A stretch of DNA of 64,000 nt, from assembly GCF_009914755.1 (NCBI RefSeq), contig NC_060939.1; one strand, 5' to 3'. How positions within the stretch are numbered: position 1 is the first letter of the stretch; each line of letters begins with the position of its first letter. This document shows, one piece after another, positions 1 through 13,619 of the stretch. The notes beneath the pieces were generated by a model. It was given only the letters and a program-made list of their open reading frames with translations, did not search any database and was not told where the DNA came from. Source of the stretch: the human T2T-CHM13v2.0 reference genome, Homo sapiens. The position numbers were made by a program, and so were the translations under genes.

Positions 1-93
1 ATCTGAATGTAAATTACAATGTAAATGAGAGTTTCTAATTATTCCTTTTTTAAGGATAGCACTCCACTTAAATTGTAGATTTAGACGTAGATG

Positions 94-97
<4 letters not shown>

Positions 98-127
<30 letters not shown>
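98..127. repeat. (AC)15 microsatellite
   Basis: Uninterrupted AC dinucleotide run read directly. Confidence 0.97.
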
Positions 128-129
<2 letters not shown>

Positions 130-249
130 ATATGAGTATGGACATTATGGGAGGGGGGTGTATTTCATGCCTTTCTCCTAGAAGGTCAAAGTTCTGTAAT
201 ATAAGAATTTAAAGATCATAAAATGCCAGTGCAGCAGGGAAGAGTATAG

Positions 250-470
250 GAGGCATAGTGTATATAAGCAACTAAAAGTGGGGAGAGAAAGAGAACAAGA
301 TTCAAATCTGTTTCAACCACTTAGCAGCTATGTGATCTTGGGCAAGACCCTCTTGTTATTTGCTGCCGAGAGCACAGTTGTCAACACTAAATGGCTTAAT
401 AGAAGTAAAGCACTGTGTTTAGTATATAGTAGGTACTCAATAAATGACAGAGAGTTTATTATTGCTATCA
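250..470 (+). mobile_element. MIR SINE remnant
   Basis: Contains the MIR core-like 'ttcaaatc...ccacttagcagctatgtgatcttgggcaag' and the 3' 'tagtaggtactcaataaatg' motif. Boundaries approximate. Confidence 0.7.
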
Positions 471-1809
471 CCATATGGGGGAACTTGGAGTTATTCAGGC
501 TCTGTCTGTTCCACTTCAAAATAAAGGTTTGCGATGTGCAACAGGTGGTCAGTCAATAGTCTGCTGTATCTTCATGATACTTTGCAACTGTTTTGAAAAT
601 TTTTTTCCTAAACAGATTCTTTTTAAGGCCTATATTATAATCTCCCTAACCTGCCCTCCCCCTGAGCCCCCTCTCTACACACACACACAATTCACCATTT
701 AATTGCCTTGTTGCTTTAGCTTCCTGGAGACACAGCCACAGAGCTAAATATAGCTCTGTCCTTCCCAACAAGCAATCCTTTAAAGGAGCTAAATTGCCTT
801 GCTTTTTTACTTCTTACCAAAACTTGATCTCAAGCTTTATAAAAGAGAAAAACTAAAGGCCTTCTACCATAGAATGTTTAGCAATCGACATGCTGTCCAT
901 TGCTTGAGAGGTTTTGTGTACTGGCACTTAATCCTTGCTTCAGTTACAACCCCTGTAGGGAAATTTGAGTCCTGTACACGGGTTCTTCATTCATTTCTGA
1001 GCCAAGATAATTCTAGGATTACCATTTAGAAAATTGGGAGAACAGACTTTTGCACAGTTACCAGGCAGACGGTATTGAAAAAAAAGGGGCATGTAGACTA
1101 CCTTTTTGGTGACAAGGTTAGGGATAGGTATTGTGGTTAAATCCCATTAGCAAGAACATCACACTCATTAAGTGAATGCCAGAATGTGAACCAAGAAGCC
1201 TTCCTCTTCCCCACCCCGCCCCGCCCCTATTTCTTCTCCTCCTAATGGCATGCCCCTTCAATACAGGGGATTCCTTGCCCAGGAAATGCCTCTCCAGCGT
1301 AAATCACAGAGTACTCCCATGCCAAGTCGCTCCAAAGCCAGAGCGCACTGCCTAGGACACATGCCATTCTCCAAAAATCTACCAGCATACACGATTCATA
1401 AGCCGTCTCTCTCTTATTTCTTGGGTGACCTTTAGGGTTTGGAAAGTATTCCTTTGTGTTAAAGCAAACACAAACTATTCTGCGAGCATAGTTCAAGAAT
1501 TTAAAGATTCTATTAATCTGATGTCTTAATTGTTATTGAGAAGAGGAAACAGGAGTGCCTTTGTTTCCCGAATGACCACATGCTTCTAAAAAGTGGCCCA
1601 CAGTGTTGGAGTTTGCATCTCAAGTTGCAGGCAGCTCTGTATGAAGTGGAACTTCAGCGTAACTAATTCCCAGACATTAAGAGGGATAGGGAAAGAACAG
1701 AAAGCTGGGCAAACCCGAAGCAGGCTGCAGCAGGGCAAACTGAAGGAGCCCTGCTCCTGGACCTGCCTGCATTCCGAAGACCAGTTTAAAATAATGATTG
1801 ATAAATGTG

Positions 1810-1890
1810 GATTTCACTACACAATACATGCGTGTAAGAAACCTGCACCTGTACCCCCTAAATGTGTACAGATAAACACAAAATTTAAAA
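1810..1890 (+). mobile_element. Short L1M 3'-end fragment
   Basis: 'ctacacaatacatgcgtgtaagaaacctgcacctgtaccccctaaat' resembles old L1 3' termini and is followed by an A-rich tail. Confidence 0.55.
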
Positions 1891-2551
1891 GAAATCCAGA
1901 TCAAAGGATTGCTTATAAATACTACCTTGGAACAGCAGTTCATGAGACATTTCACAGTATCCTCTCTCACTTTGGATAGTCACATGAAAAAATACATTTT
2001 ATTTACTAGGTCAAAATGGGAAAGATACATAAATAAATGTGTATTTCAAAACTAAAGGTGCTAAGCAGGACATAGCAAATGGGGAAACACACACGCACAC
2101 AATGCTGAACAACAACATGCAATCAAAGGAGAAAGAAAAAAATCTTACACGGATGAAAATATAAAAATCATTGTAATTCAATAATAGCATTCTGTGTGCC
2201 TACTATGTACAAGGCACTGAGAGTCCAGGCTTAGAAGAAAGAAGCAAGATTTATTTAGCTCCTGTCTCCCAAGCATTTACCTTCTATTAGGAAAGAATAA
2301 ATCAAGTATAGAAATATCTACGATACAGGCTGAATACAATAAACGCCCCAAGAGGAAGAGCACATCTAGCTTGGCTGAGAAAGAAGTATATGGAACTAAA
2401 AATAGCTCCATGGACAGGGTAGCATTTGAAATGGGCCTCAAAAAAACAGTTAAAAAAATGCAGCTTAAAAAAATGATTGAACAAACATTCTGATTGAAGA
2501 AATAAAATGAGCTAAAATAGGGAAGCAGAGAGATATAAAGAATTTAGAGGA

Positions 2552-2978
<427 letters not shown>

Positions 2979-3602
2979 CTAGTTACTGACAGTTTTTGAG
3001 CCCTGAAATAATGTGATCAGAGATGATTATTATGAAGAATACAGTAGTATGCAAAGCTATGTAGGATTATATTTTGGAGCAGGGACCCTGGTTTAAGGAG
3101 GAGCCACTCACTCATTCCTTCATTCAACAAAAATTAATTGAATACTTACCGTGTGCCAATCCACAGTCCAATTTAATCTATCTGGGAGGCAAAGCTCATC
3201 GTTTATGAACTATACATTTTAAAAGCAGAATCTATAGGACTTGAGAACTTACAGAAGAAAGTGGGAATGTGAGGCGGACTCCAAGTTTTGAGGCCAAAAA
3301 CAATGGCAGAATGGGTTGGGGTGGGTTAGGTACAGAAATAGAAAAGTCAGGACGGGAAATGGTTGGAAGGTGGAGACAGAGCTGGAGTGGGTGCAGGTGT
3401 TGATTTGTACTTCACGCTCACTCTGAACTCCCCTGCAGAGTACAGCCAGCAGCTGGAAGAGATTGACGGGAGATGGCAGAGGAAAGAGGAAAAGAGAAGT
3501 CAGAGCTTAAAGAATGCCCGTATCAAAAAAAGAAAAGCCTTAGGGAGACAGAGGAAAAGACAGCGTGAAGGGAGAAGTTGATGTTTTTTGAGTGTTCTAG
3601 AA

Positions 3603-3932
3603 CGGGGGTCCCCAACCCCAGCCTGCGGAACCGTACCAATCTGTGGCCTGTTAGGAACCAGGCCCCAGAAGGAGGTGAGCAGTGGGCGAGGGAGCATCAC
3701 TTCGGATCATGCTTCCTGTCAGATCAGCAGTGGCAGTAGATTCTCATAGGAGCTGACCCCCATTGTAAGCTGCTCACGCCAGGGATCTAGGTTAGGTGCT
3801 CCTTATGAGAATCTAATGCCTGATGATCTGAGGTGGAATAGTGTCATCCCAAAATGATCCCCACAACCCTGTCCATGGAAAAATCATCTTCCACAAAACT
3901 GGTTCCCGGTGCAAAAAGGTTGGGGACCACTG
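3603..3932 (+). mobile_element. MER1B (hAT-Charlie non-autonomous DNA transposon)
   Basis: TIRs CGGGGGTCCCCAACC / GGTTGGGGACCACTG, perfect 8-bp TSD TTCTAGAA (3595-3602, 3933-3940), internal 'gattctcataggag...ccttatgagaatctaatgcctgatgatctgaggtgg'. Confidence 0.92.
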
Positions 3933-4081
3933 TTCTAGAAGATAGCAAGGGTTAAACAGTGAGCAATTTAAATTTTTAAACTATCGCTGATAAAAGTGTA
4001 AAAGTCCAAAAAAAAATCTATCTTGCCAAGTTCAAAGTGTTAGGAATTGATCTAGGAGGTCCCACTTCCGCAGACATAATA

Positions 4082-4686
4082 CGGCAGTCTCCCCTTGCGC
4101 TTGAGGGATACCCTCGAAGACCCTGAGTGGATTCCTGAAACCGAAGACAGCACCAAGCCCTAAACATACTATGCACACATTTCTCTTTCCCTCTTCGCAG
4201 TTTCATGGATACTATATTCATTCTTATTGTAGATCTCAGCAACCTCAGGATACTTTTTCTTTTCCTTATTAAGTCCAGAACTTTCACCTTTTCATTTAGA
4301 GGAAGCACTTTGCGGCTTCCCTTTGGCATCTCCGAATTGCCAGCATCACTATACTTGCACTTTGGGGCCATTACTATGTAAAATAAGAATTACTTGAACA
4401 CAAGCACTGTGACATTGTGACAGTCAATATGACAACAGAGATGGCTCCTAAGTGACTACGGGCAGGGGTGGGCATACAGCATGGATCCGCTGGACAATGG
4501 GGACAATTCACAGCCCAGGCGAGACAGAGCAGGATGGCAGAAGATTTCATCTATTCAGAACAGTGTGAAATTTAAAACTTAGGAATTGTTTATTTCTGGA
4601 ATTTTCTACTGAATATTTTTAGACTGTGATTGACCACGGGTAGCTGAAACCATGCAAAGCAAAACTGCGGATACGGGGGACTGCTG
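4082..4686. mobile_element. MER44/Tigger7-derived TcMar-Tigger element
   Basis: TA TSDs (4080-81, 4687-88), TIRs cggcagtctcccc / gggggactgctg. The minus-strand ORF 4018-4371 begins MAPK..SDAGNS.MPK.SRKVLPL.EKVKVLDLIRK, a Tigger transposase N-terminus. Confidence 0.88.
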
Positions 4687-4869
4687 TACTAGGAGTCGGC
4701 CAAAATTTATAAAGCATTTTTTTTTCTTTCCCCCTTCCTCATAGGAGGAGGAAGTACCAAATTATGGTAGTCTTTATGGAGAAATGCTGCATAAATAACT
4801 GCCAACAGCAAACAATGTATTATCCCTATGGTTCAATCATTTCTTGGAGGTTAAAAGATCACACGTGAA

Positions 4870-5181
<312 letters not shown>

Positions 5182-5310
5182 TCATACATGCATCTTCCCT
5201 ACCATTTCTAGATTTGTATTAATAAATAAGCCAAGTCGGTGAATTCTCTCTCTCTCTGTCTCTCTCTCAACTACTATTGCTTTAATCTTCCTGAAGTAAA
5301 AGTTTTTAAA

Positions 5311-5380
5311 AGAGAGAAGGAAGGAAGGAAGGAAGGAAGGAAGGAAGGAAGGAAGGAAGGAAGGAAGGAAGGAAGGAAGG

Positions 5381-5411
<31 letters not shown>

Positions 5412-5441
5412 AAGAAAGAGAAAGAAAGAAAGAGAAAGAAA
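5311..5441. repeat. Compound purine microsatellite (GGAA)16-(AG)n-(GAAA)n
   Basis: 16 consecutive GGAA units at 5319-5382, followed by AG and GAAA units. Confidence 0.97.
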
Positions 5442-5649
5442 GTTGGATTGTTTGATAGGAACATACCACCCTTGAGTCTTCCCCTCATGAAACATGGATG
5501 CAGAGTTTTGGCCGGAATTAAAATTGCTAAACTGTGTTTGAGGTTGGCAGAGGAAGTGGTATGGAATTTACCAAGACAGGCTGGGAGTTGAAAAAAATTA
5601 TAATCCAGGTGCCTCACCTTTTCCTCCACTGGTTGCTTTTCCCCCTATG

Positions 5650-5880
5650 CCCTGACGCCTGGGAGCTTATTTACCGAGTCAATTAACAAAAGATAACCTC
5701 CCATTGTGCAACCATCAATAAATCAATCGTGTTAATACTATCTTGGAATGTCCCCGACTATTGACTTTCATATTGTTTACATTAGCCACTTGAGAAAGCC
5801 AGAACCCTTGAGTCGGCTTGTTTGGGCGTTAATGGATTCTGGAGTAGCCATTACTACATATAAGTCTCTTTACAAAATAT
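5650..5880. promoter_or_regulatory. Candidate developmental enhancer
   Basis: Unique sequence with clustered motifs: CAATTA, AGATAA, CATTGT, ATCAAT x2, TGTTTAC, CCACTTGA. Motif evidence only. Confidence 0.4.
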
Positions 5881-8800
5881 TGAAGTTTCTCTGAGGTTCA
5901 CCTGCTTTCTGAACACTGGCGGTACACTCTCCTCCCTCCCCACACGATCCTGCAGCACCGAGTTTGATGAATACTTAGGAAGGCAAACAATCATGATCAG
6001 TAATGGAACAGTCACTTAGGGTACACCTACTTCTTTGTGAGTTGAATAATCTATTTCCACCCACCCCAGCCCCACACTGTCAACCACCATCAACAATCCG
6101 GGGAATCAAGTTAATCTTCAATTAGGTGAAAGAATTTCAGGAACGAGTGCAGCTCAAGTTACCAAGTAACTTACTGTTGTGAAACGATTCATACTGCAAG
6201 CCGCCTAAATGCAGGGCTTTTGATGATATTCCCCGCCAACAAGGTAAGAAAAATCTTTCCAAGCAGTGACAATCTCTACATAGGGAACCTCCAAAACTTC
6301 TCAAGCTATCTTGAAAATTAATGCAACAGAACAAAATCTTTCTATATTTTCTCCATACATATTATAAAAAATAAGGTTGAATATCATAATCATAATTATA
6401 AAGCTGGGGTTTAGTGGGGTTTTTTGTTGTCATTAGCATTTCCTTCTTAATGGCATCAGAAATACTTAGAGAACAGGTTTTCCCTCAGAAGTCACAACTG
6501 CTCTGCTTCCAGGCCAAGGTAGTTTGCTAAGGCGCTCTATGCAGAGGGATTAAAAAGGAAGGTTGGGGGTAGCGAGGTGGGACACCAGTCCAGGGACTAC
6601 AGAAGGTTCAGATTTCAGTGCTGGCTGCAGACCTGGGCAAAGTTCACTGCTCCCTTTTCACGACATGCTACATACTTTTCAAGTTCCCACTTGCTTCTTA
6701 GAGAGGAAAAAATGTGGCCTCCGAGTTCAGGTTGCTAAGGACAAGCTGAGCCAATTTAACCATGCATTCCTTTTCTAAAAGATAGGCTGGGTTGTTGTTG
6801 TTTTTTCACTGTAAATACCAGAAAGTCTTGATCCTCCCTACTCTAAACAAATACTTTTGCTACAACTTTGAAGTCATCTATCTTCCACGGTGGGAAACCA
6901 AGGATTGCATTCAGTAGCCTTTTCCTGCCTGAGTTTAGACAAAATTGAATAGTATTCTACTTTGTAGCACATCTTCTTACCAGACACCAGGCTTCGTTTT
7001 TCCTCTTGATAATGATGGGTATTTAAAATGCATATGACTATTGGATAATAAAACTCCCACTGTTCTAAGGCTTTCTTTTTGTCTTTCTTTTTTCTTTTCT
7101 TTTTTCTTTTTTTTCGCTTTGACTTCATGATATATATGTCTACTTAGGGTGTTTTGAAGAGAGTGAAGGAAACAGACAGGACTTTGAAAGGAAAAACAGA
7201 CATCTAATTGGCTGTCTCTTGCCGACCCTCCAGTGACCCTGCACTGAATACCTCTAATGGACGTGTGTGATCTTGGAGCCTCTACCGCAATAAACGAGTT
7301 TTAGACTTTCAACTTGTTTTTGCAGCAGAATTCTTTATTCTCCTTAAAATTGATTTTTTAAAAAACGAGTGAGCAAGGCATTAGCATAGGTATTTTACAC
7401 AAAAGGGTGAAATGGTTTTCTAATTTTATAGATTTAATATTTTTAAAAAGAATTTGGCTTCATTATGAATTTAGTTCATGTTAGTGTGTCATTTTACATA
7501 CTCTAAAAAGTGTTTTTTTTAATATGGAAAGCAAATATTTGCCTTCAAAGCAGTAGTTTCTAAATCCAAAAAGTTCAGAAAGTCAGTTAGGAGGCAATAA
7601 TCTTAACTCCAAAAATTAATAACTCTCATGACATTGTTTATGTGAAACCTTGGAACTTCCTGTGCTGTAAACCATCTTTGAGTCAAGCTAGAAAATAGTA
7701 AGAGTCAACTCAAATCCTTTATGCTTCAAAAAACACATGAGACTATTGAACAGGCTTTATTAAGTGATGTGGGGGTTAACGGTGAAAGCCCCCATTTCTA
7801 TTTTTGTCAAAAGACTAGGAGCCTCATCCCCATCAGAGAGCTTTGCATTTCCCCTGCCACCTTAACTTCCTGGGAACTGCCAGGGTACACTACCTCCTTT
7901 CTTTTCTTCTTTTCTCCCTTTTCACTATCTAGCATTTCTTCCCTTTTATTGTTCTTTCTTCACGTCCATGTTGACCTTTTTTTTTTTAACTTATCATCTA
8001 GGATGAGTCAAGGCCTGCCTTGATGTTGCTCTGTGTCCTACCAGCAATTCTTCCTGGAATCGTCTGTTCACATGGATGTCTAAATGTTTAAGCACCCATG
8101 TAAATACTATGGTATCACTTTCTCATCAGTAGAGCTTTTGTGAGTTACAGAAAGGCTGAGACCAATGCCACAATTTGAGATTCCAATATGTGAAATAATA
8201 AAGACATCCCCTAACAGGACTTTTTAATAAATTAGGCTTTAACATTTGATATTTATAATGTTTTCTGAGAGTGTTCAATATAACAGAGAGTAGTATTCCA
8301 GTTATTATATATATTTATTTGGAAATAATGCCAAAACTCTACATTGTAGGCATGAAGGTGGGGCTTGCCTCCATCTGGCTCTCCTGCCACTTTCAACAAC
8401 ACACCCCACATCCGATCCTGCTTAGAGTCGAAGATGAATCTGGCATAATACAAACAGCACTGGACTGGAAGCATGAAGTTTCTCTTATCTGTGCCTTGGT
8501 TTCCTCATGTGGAAAATGAAAATGTTGACATAAATAATCACACAGGTCTCTGTTAGTACCATTTTGTGATTTTATATCGTGCTTACCACACCTAGAAACA
8601 GGGGCCATCATTCCAGCCAGCTAACAGAGAAAAAGACGATACATAATCAGGCTTGGGAAAATAAATTTCAGAGACCAAGTAAACAAAGACAACAATCTAG
8701 TATAAGGGTTATAACTGGGGGATGAGGGGTTGCAAATGGAGATCTGCCACAGTCAACTCTATTTGGATTCCCCTGTTCTCAACAGGCAACAGCAATCATA

Positions 8801-9132
8801 ATGGGCTTGGAGCACCAGTCCCACAACATCACAGGACATCCAGACATAATTGCATTAATAATGTTGTGCATAATCGCACAACTCTCTGGTTATTCAGCAT
8901 CGTCCAATATGTGAATAAAGCTCTGAGGAAAAATTAATGCTTGCTTAATGCTTTGACACATTTCCCTTTACAAAGCAAAGATCCCTACTCCTCTCACTTT
9001 CTCACATGGAGAAAAAATTAAAGTAGCATTACAACTAGTCAGCATCCACATGAGGCCTTATAATTAATCAGATCTACTGAGAGTTAGGTCCAAGATCCAG
9101 CGTAAGGAGAGATCAAGCAGAAACAAAATACA

Positions 9133-9451
9133 CAGCCATTGCTCTGTATCTGTAGGAGATTGGTTCCAGAACCCCCTTCAATACCAAAATCTGCAGATGC
9201 TCAAGTGCCTTATATAAGATGGTATAGTATTTGCATATAACCTACGCATACCCTCCTGTATACTTTAAATCATCTCTAGATTACTTACAATACCTAATAT
9301 AATGTGAGTGCTACGTAAATGGTTATACTGCATTTTTATTTGTATTACTTTTATTGTTGTATTATTACTTCTTTTTTTTTTTACAATTATTTTTAATCTG
9401 TGGTTGCTCAAAGCTGCAGATGTGGAACCCAGGAATATGGAGGCCCAACTG
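9133..9451 (+). mobile_element. MER2 (TcMar-Tigger MITE)
   Basis: 'gattggttccagaacccc...ataccaaaatctgcagatgctcaagt...ttgcatataacctacgca...catctctagattactt'. Ends '...caactg' followed by TA. Confidence 0.88.
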
Positions 9452-9694
9452 TACTTTTACCTTATTATGTAGGCTATGCTAATATTAATGACTAGAATGT
9501 TATATTATTTCTTCTCAGATTTCAACAACAGTTGAGCCTCAGGGTCAAAGTATCCGGCACTAAATTGAAGAGAATGCTGATGATTAGGACAGGAAAGCAA
9601 CTTAAGCATCTATTAGTCCAGCCTACTATGAAAAGTAGGAATTCCTTCAACAAAATTCTCGCACATGCCTATCCAACTTCCCAATGACTAAAGC

Positions 9695-9990
9695 AATAAC
9701 AACAGTAATGATAATAATGAACACATATTTCATACTTACTGTGTGCCAGACACTGTCCTAAGTATATTGAGTAGTACTGACTGTGAATCAGCACTGTTCC
9801 TAGAACTTCATAGACACTCAACTTATTGAATCTTGAAAATGCCTCTAGGAGGTAGGATCTATTATTGCTCTTATTTTATAGATGAATCAATGGAAACAGA
9901 AAAGAGTTCACTAACTTGCCAGAGGTCACACAGATAGACTGAGAAGAGCTGGACAATTGCACTAAACAGACTAGCCCTGTAGCCTGTCCT
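9695..9990 (-). mobile_element. MIR remnant
   Basis: 'cttactgtgtgccagacactg...attttatagatga...aacttgccagaggtcacacag'. Confidence 0.75.
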
Positions 9991-10171
9991 GCTAATTCTA
10001 TGCTACCAATAGGGGCAAGGGACAGAGACAAAGTAGGGAATTAGAGTCCATTTCAACACTACTTTAATTACTCAGTTTTCTGAGCAGAAGCTGCCTCCTT
10101 TAGTCTTCATATTGCCCACTAGTTCTAAACAGAATAATTATTCCTCCTTCCATTTGACAGTGCTTTTTTAT

Positions 10172-10511
10172 CAAAGATTGACAAACTATGGCTCGTAGGC
10201 CAAATCTGGCCCACCATCTGTTTTTATGTGGGCCATGAGCTAAGAATGGATTTCAAGTTTTCAAATGGTTGGAAAAAATATCAAAAGAAGAATAATATTT
10301 TGTGACACATGAAAATCACATGACATTTAAATCTCAGTGTCCATAAATGAAGTCTTATTGGAACACAATCACACTTCACTTACATATTGTCTGTGGCTGC
10401 TTTTACTTTACTATAAGTCGGAATTAAGTACTTGAAAAAAGACCACATGGCCCAGTAAAGCCTAAAATATTTACTATCTGGCCCATTGCAGAGAATGTTT
10501 GCTGATTCTTG
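10172..10511 (+). mobile_element. MER58B-like (hAT-Charlie)
   Basis: 'caaactatggc..ggccaaatctggcccacc...gagctaagaatgg...aagcctaaaatatttactatctggccc'. About 340 bp. Confidence 0.85.
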
Positions 10512-10669
10512 CCTTAAATAGTAGAAGGTAGTTCTCCTGTCCTTTCCTAAAAGTGCCCTTTTTTATAGTAAAATACCTCAGGTCCCCCCAACCACCCCCA
10601 TCTCATTATCCCGGAAACTCTTCTCTGGCATTCTTTGGTGCATATTCTCTCTCTCTAAAAATTCTCCTC

Positions 10670-11340
10670 AGTGGTATATGGCTACAATGGAATACTACTC
10701 AACAATAAAAAGGAACAAACTACAGTGGATACACACAACAACATAATGAATCTCCAAACCACTATTCTGAGTGAAAAAGCCCTGCACATCTTTTTCTCAC
10801 TGCGTGATTGTATCTACAGGAAATCCTAAAATGGGTAAAACTAATCTAGGGTGAAAAATTATATATCAGAATAATGGTTGTCTTTGGGAAAATGGGGCAA
10901 GGATTGGTGGGATGGGCATGAGAGAACAATCTGGGATGCTAGAAACATCCCAGATCTTGAGAGTTGTTTGGGTTACACAGTTGTGTGTATTTGCCAAAAT
11001 CCACCAAAATGTACATAGTTTGTACATTATACTGTATCTACCTCAAAAACAAACCTTGTAAATAAATATTGAATTCTAGTTAATGATCTGCATACTGAAA
11101 GGTTTAGTGGTAACAGTATCAAGGCCTGCAACTCATTTGAAATGCATCAGAAAATCAAGACGGTTGGATGATTGGGTGGAGGGAGGGACAGATGGCAAGA
11201 GATATGAAAAAGCAAGAGAAGTAAAGTGTTCATTGTCGAAAGTGGTTGATGGATACCTGGATGTTCACTATCTAATTCTTTCACCTCCTCTGTTTAAGTC
11301 TTGTGACAACAAAATTTCCTTCTAAAATAACATTTTCAAA
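10670..11340 (+). mobile_element. Old L1 (L1ME-like) 3' region
   Basis: 'caatggaatactactcaacaataaaaaggaac' ORF2-end motif followed by L1ME-type 3'UTR text. Confidence 0.75.
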
Positions 11341-12508
11341 GTAAAATTTTTATAATAAATGGGGCAGAAAGGATAAAAGTAATGTCTGGCATGAAACAAA
11401 CTACTCTAAAAGTTGCACAAAGCGACATCACTATTTCCCTTCCTTTGGCCATTTTTATGTTAGCATTTATTTTCCTTTGATGTATCTGATTGGACCCTGA
11501 AGTATCCTACCTTCAAGGTATCCAAAAAGGTATCTTGGGTATCACCGTTAGGACTAGTGATGAGAATTTATTCTATGATGGAATCTAATTCCATGGCAAG
11601 TGGCCAACTTTCATTTCTTTGTTTAAATTTTATGATAAGAGATGCATACAGTGAAAGACATAGAAACATCCGCAGTCAGATGCCTCCGCCAAATCCGCTT
11701 GTGGAAAACTGTAAATTCCACAAGTGAGTTTACGCTCTTGTCTCATGAATGTGTAGAAAGAATAATGCATTTGTTTGTTTGATTATAGCTGAATTTCTGC
11801 CTTTGTAACCCCACCAGTAGGTGGTCATGTATTTCTCATACTAAGGTTCACTACCACTTCACAAACAATATGCTCAACACTGTTGCAAGCATCAGATGAG
11901 AGTGTGTGCCTGACAAAAATTTGAAAAAGTCCTCAGAATATGCAGCCTAATCTCTGGATTAACTGTTTCTTTAAAGGGCCTCTGCAGTGTATAATCTGCA
12001 GACTTGTTCTGTTGCTTTTATGCAATGCCAATATTATTAGTAGCAATAATACAATCACGCTTCAACTATTTGGAGGTCAATTAGCTGGAAAGTTCTGCCT
12101 TCTGAATGGAAGCTAAGAAACGAGTAAGTAAGCAAGAAAAATCCTGTGGGCAGTCAAAATAGCTGCAAAAGCTTCAGGGTGCCAAGCTCATATATTTGCT
12201 CATGGAAGACTCTCTAAAGCCAATGCTCAAAATCCTATGACACTTATTTATGCAAAATTCTAACAAGCCTGGGTTTCCAGCTCATAACCCTAACAGAGGT
12301 TGCATATAGGCAGGCATGGTGAAAGCACCAAGAATCAGAAGAGTAATCAGCCATCATTCAAAACTCAAAAAGGACTACAATTTGGGAGGATGGAATTCAG
12401 GGGTGGAAAAGTCCACCCTAATGCTACCAAGTTAACATTTTATAAACTATGTTCCTAAAACTATAGTTCCACAAGATATTAAAGAAGGTTTTTTAAAAAT
12501 AAAAAAGA

Positions 12509-12822
<314 letters not shown>

Positions 12823-13619
12823 AAGAGGAGGTGCTATCCTCAGATATGTTTAGAAAATACCGGTCTAATAGTGCTTCAATATTTCTATTGTGATTCTAGC
12901 AAGTTCTAAAAAGAACACTGGTTTTGTGGTTGTTCTTCCTTTCCTCACTCCACATTTTTTCTTTTATTTTGGCTGAAACTTACAGATATTTTTTTTTTCT
13001 CATCATAATGATGTCCATCAGTCTGCCCGAATCTTCTGGTCTGGGTGTGGCTCTGACTTTTCAAATACCCTTCTTAAGCAGGTGTTTCCTCTCCTGCCCC
13101 AAACATTGTATTCCCTTTCGTTTGTGTTGTATAGATTCCAGGCCACATTTCTACTTTTTGAGGACAGCTTCCAAACCATCCACATGTTCACTTTCTTTTC
13201 CACTTCCCTCGGTTTTCACTTCCTACTTCCTTTCCCCATCTTTTTCCTCTCCAGATTGTATGCCAGGCATTCTTTGCCTATACTCTGCTTTGAAATCCTT
13301 CCTGCATTTCCTCTCTATCTCACAGCTTTGCAATTTTTGCTACTCTTGCTCCCTTCCTGCGTATTTCCTTCATATCTTGAATCCCAACTACCTCTCCTCT
13401 CCTGCCAAATCAAATGCATCAGCTGAAAGCCACCTGAAAATCCCTCTTCTCTTCCCATCTGTGCAACCCCACTAGTTTACCTTTAACATGCATTGTTCCT
13501 AAGTGAACCCACCAGCTTGCATGGGGAGAAGGGATATTAGTTTATTCTTCTTTCCTGGCAGCCCTTGAGTACAGGGCTATGAGCCCCTCTGACAAATACT
13601 GTCCTCCATGTCATCAACA

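Noticed and set aside
5182-5629. ORFs with LPSF/RKEG repeats
   Set aside because: Artefact of the stop-free (GGAA)n/(AG)n tract.
6141-6243. Plus-strand exon-like segment ttcag|...AAG|gtaaga
   Set aside because: No pyrimidine tract and no recognisable peptide.
11555-11640. GTGATGA box C-like motif (possible C/D snoRNA)
   Set aside because: No downstream CTGA box D or terminal stem.
12924-13475. 183-aa hydrophobic ORF
   Set aside because: Low-complexity pyrimidine-rich DNA depleted of stops, with a non-ATG start and no domain or splice context.
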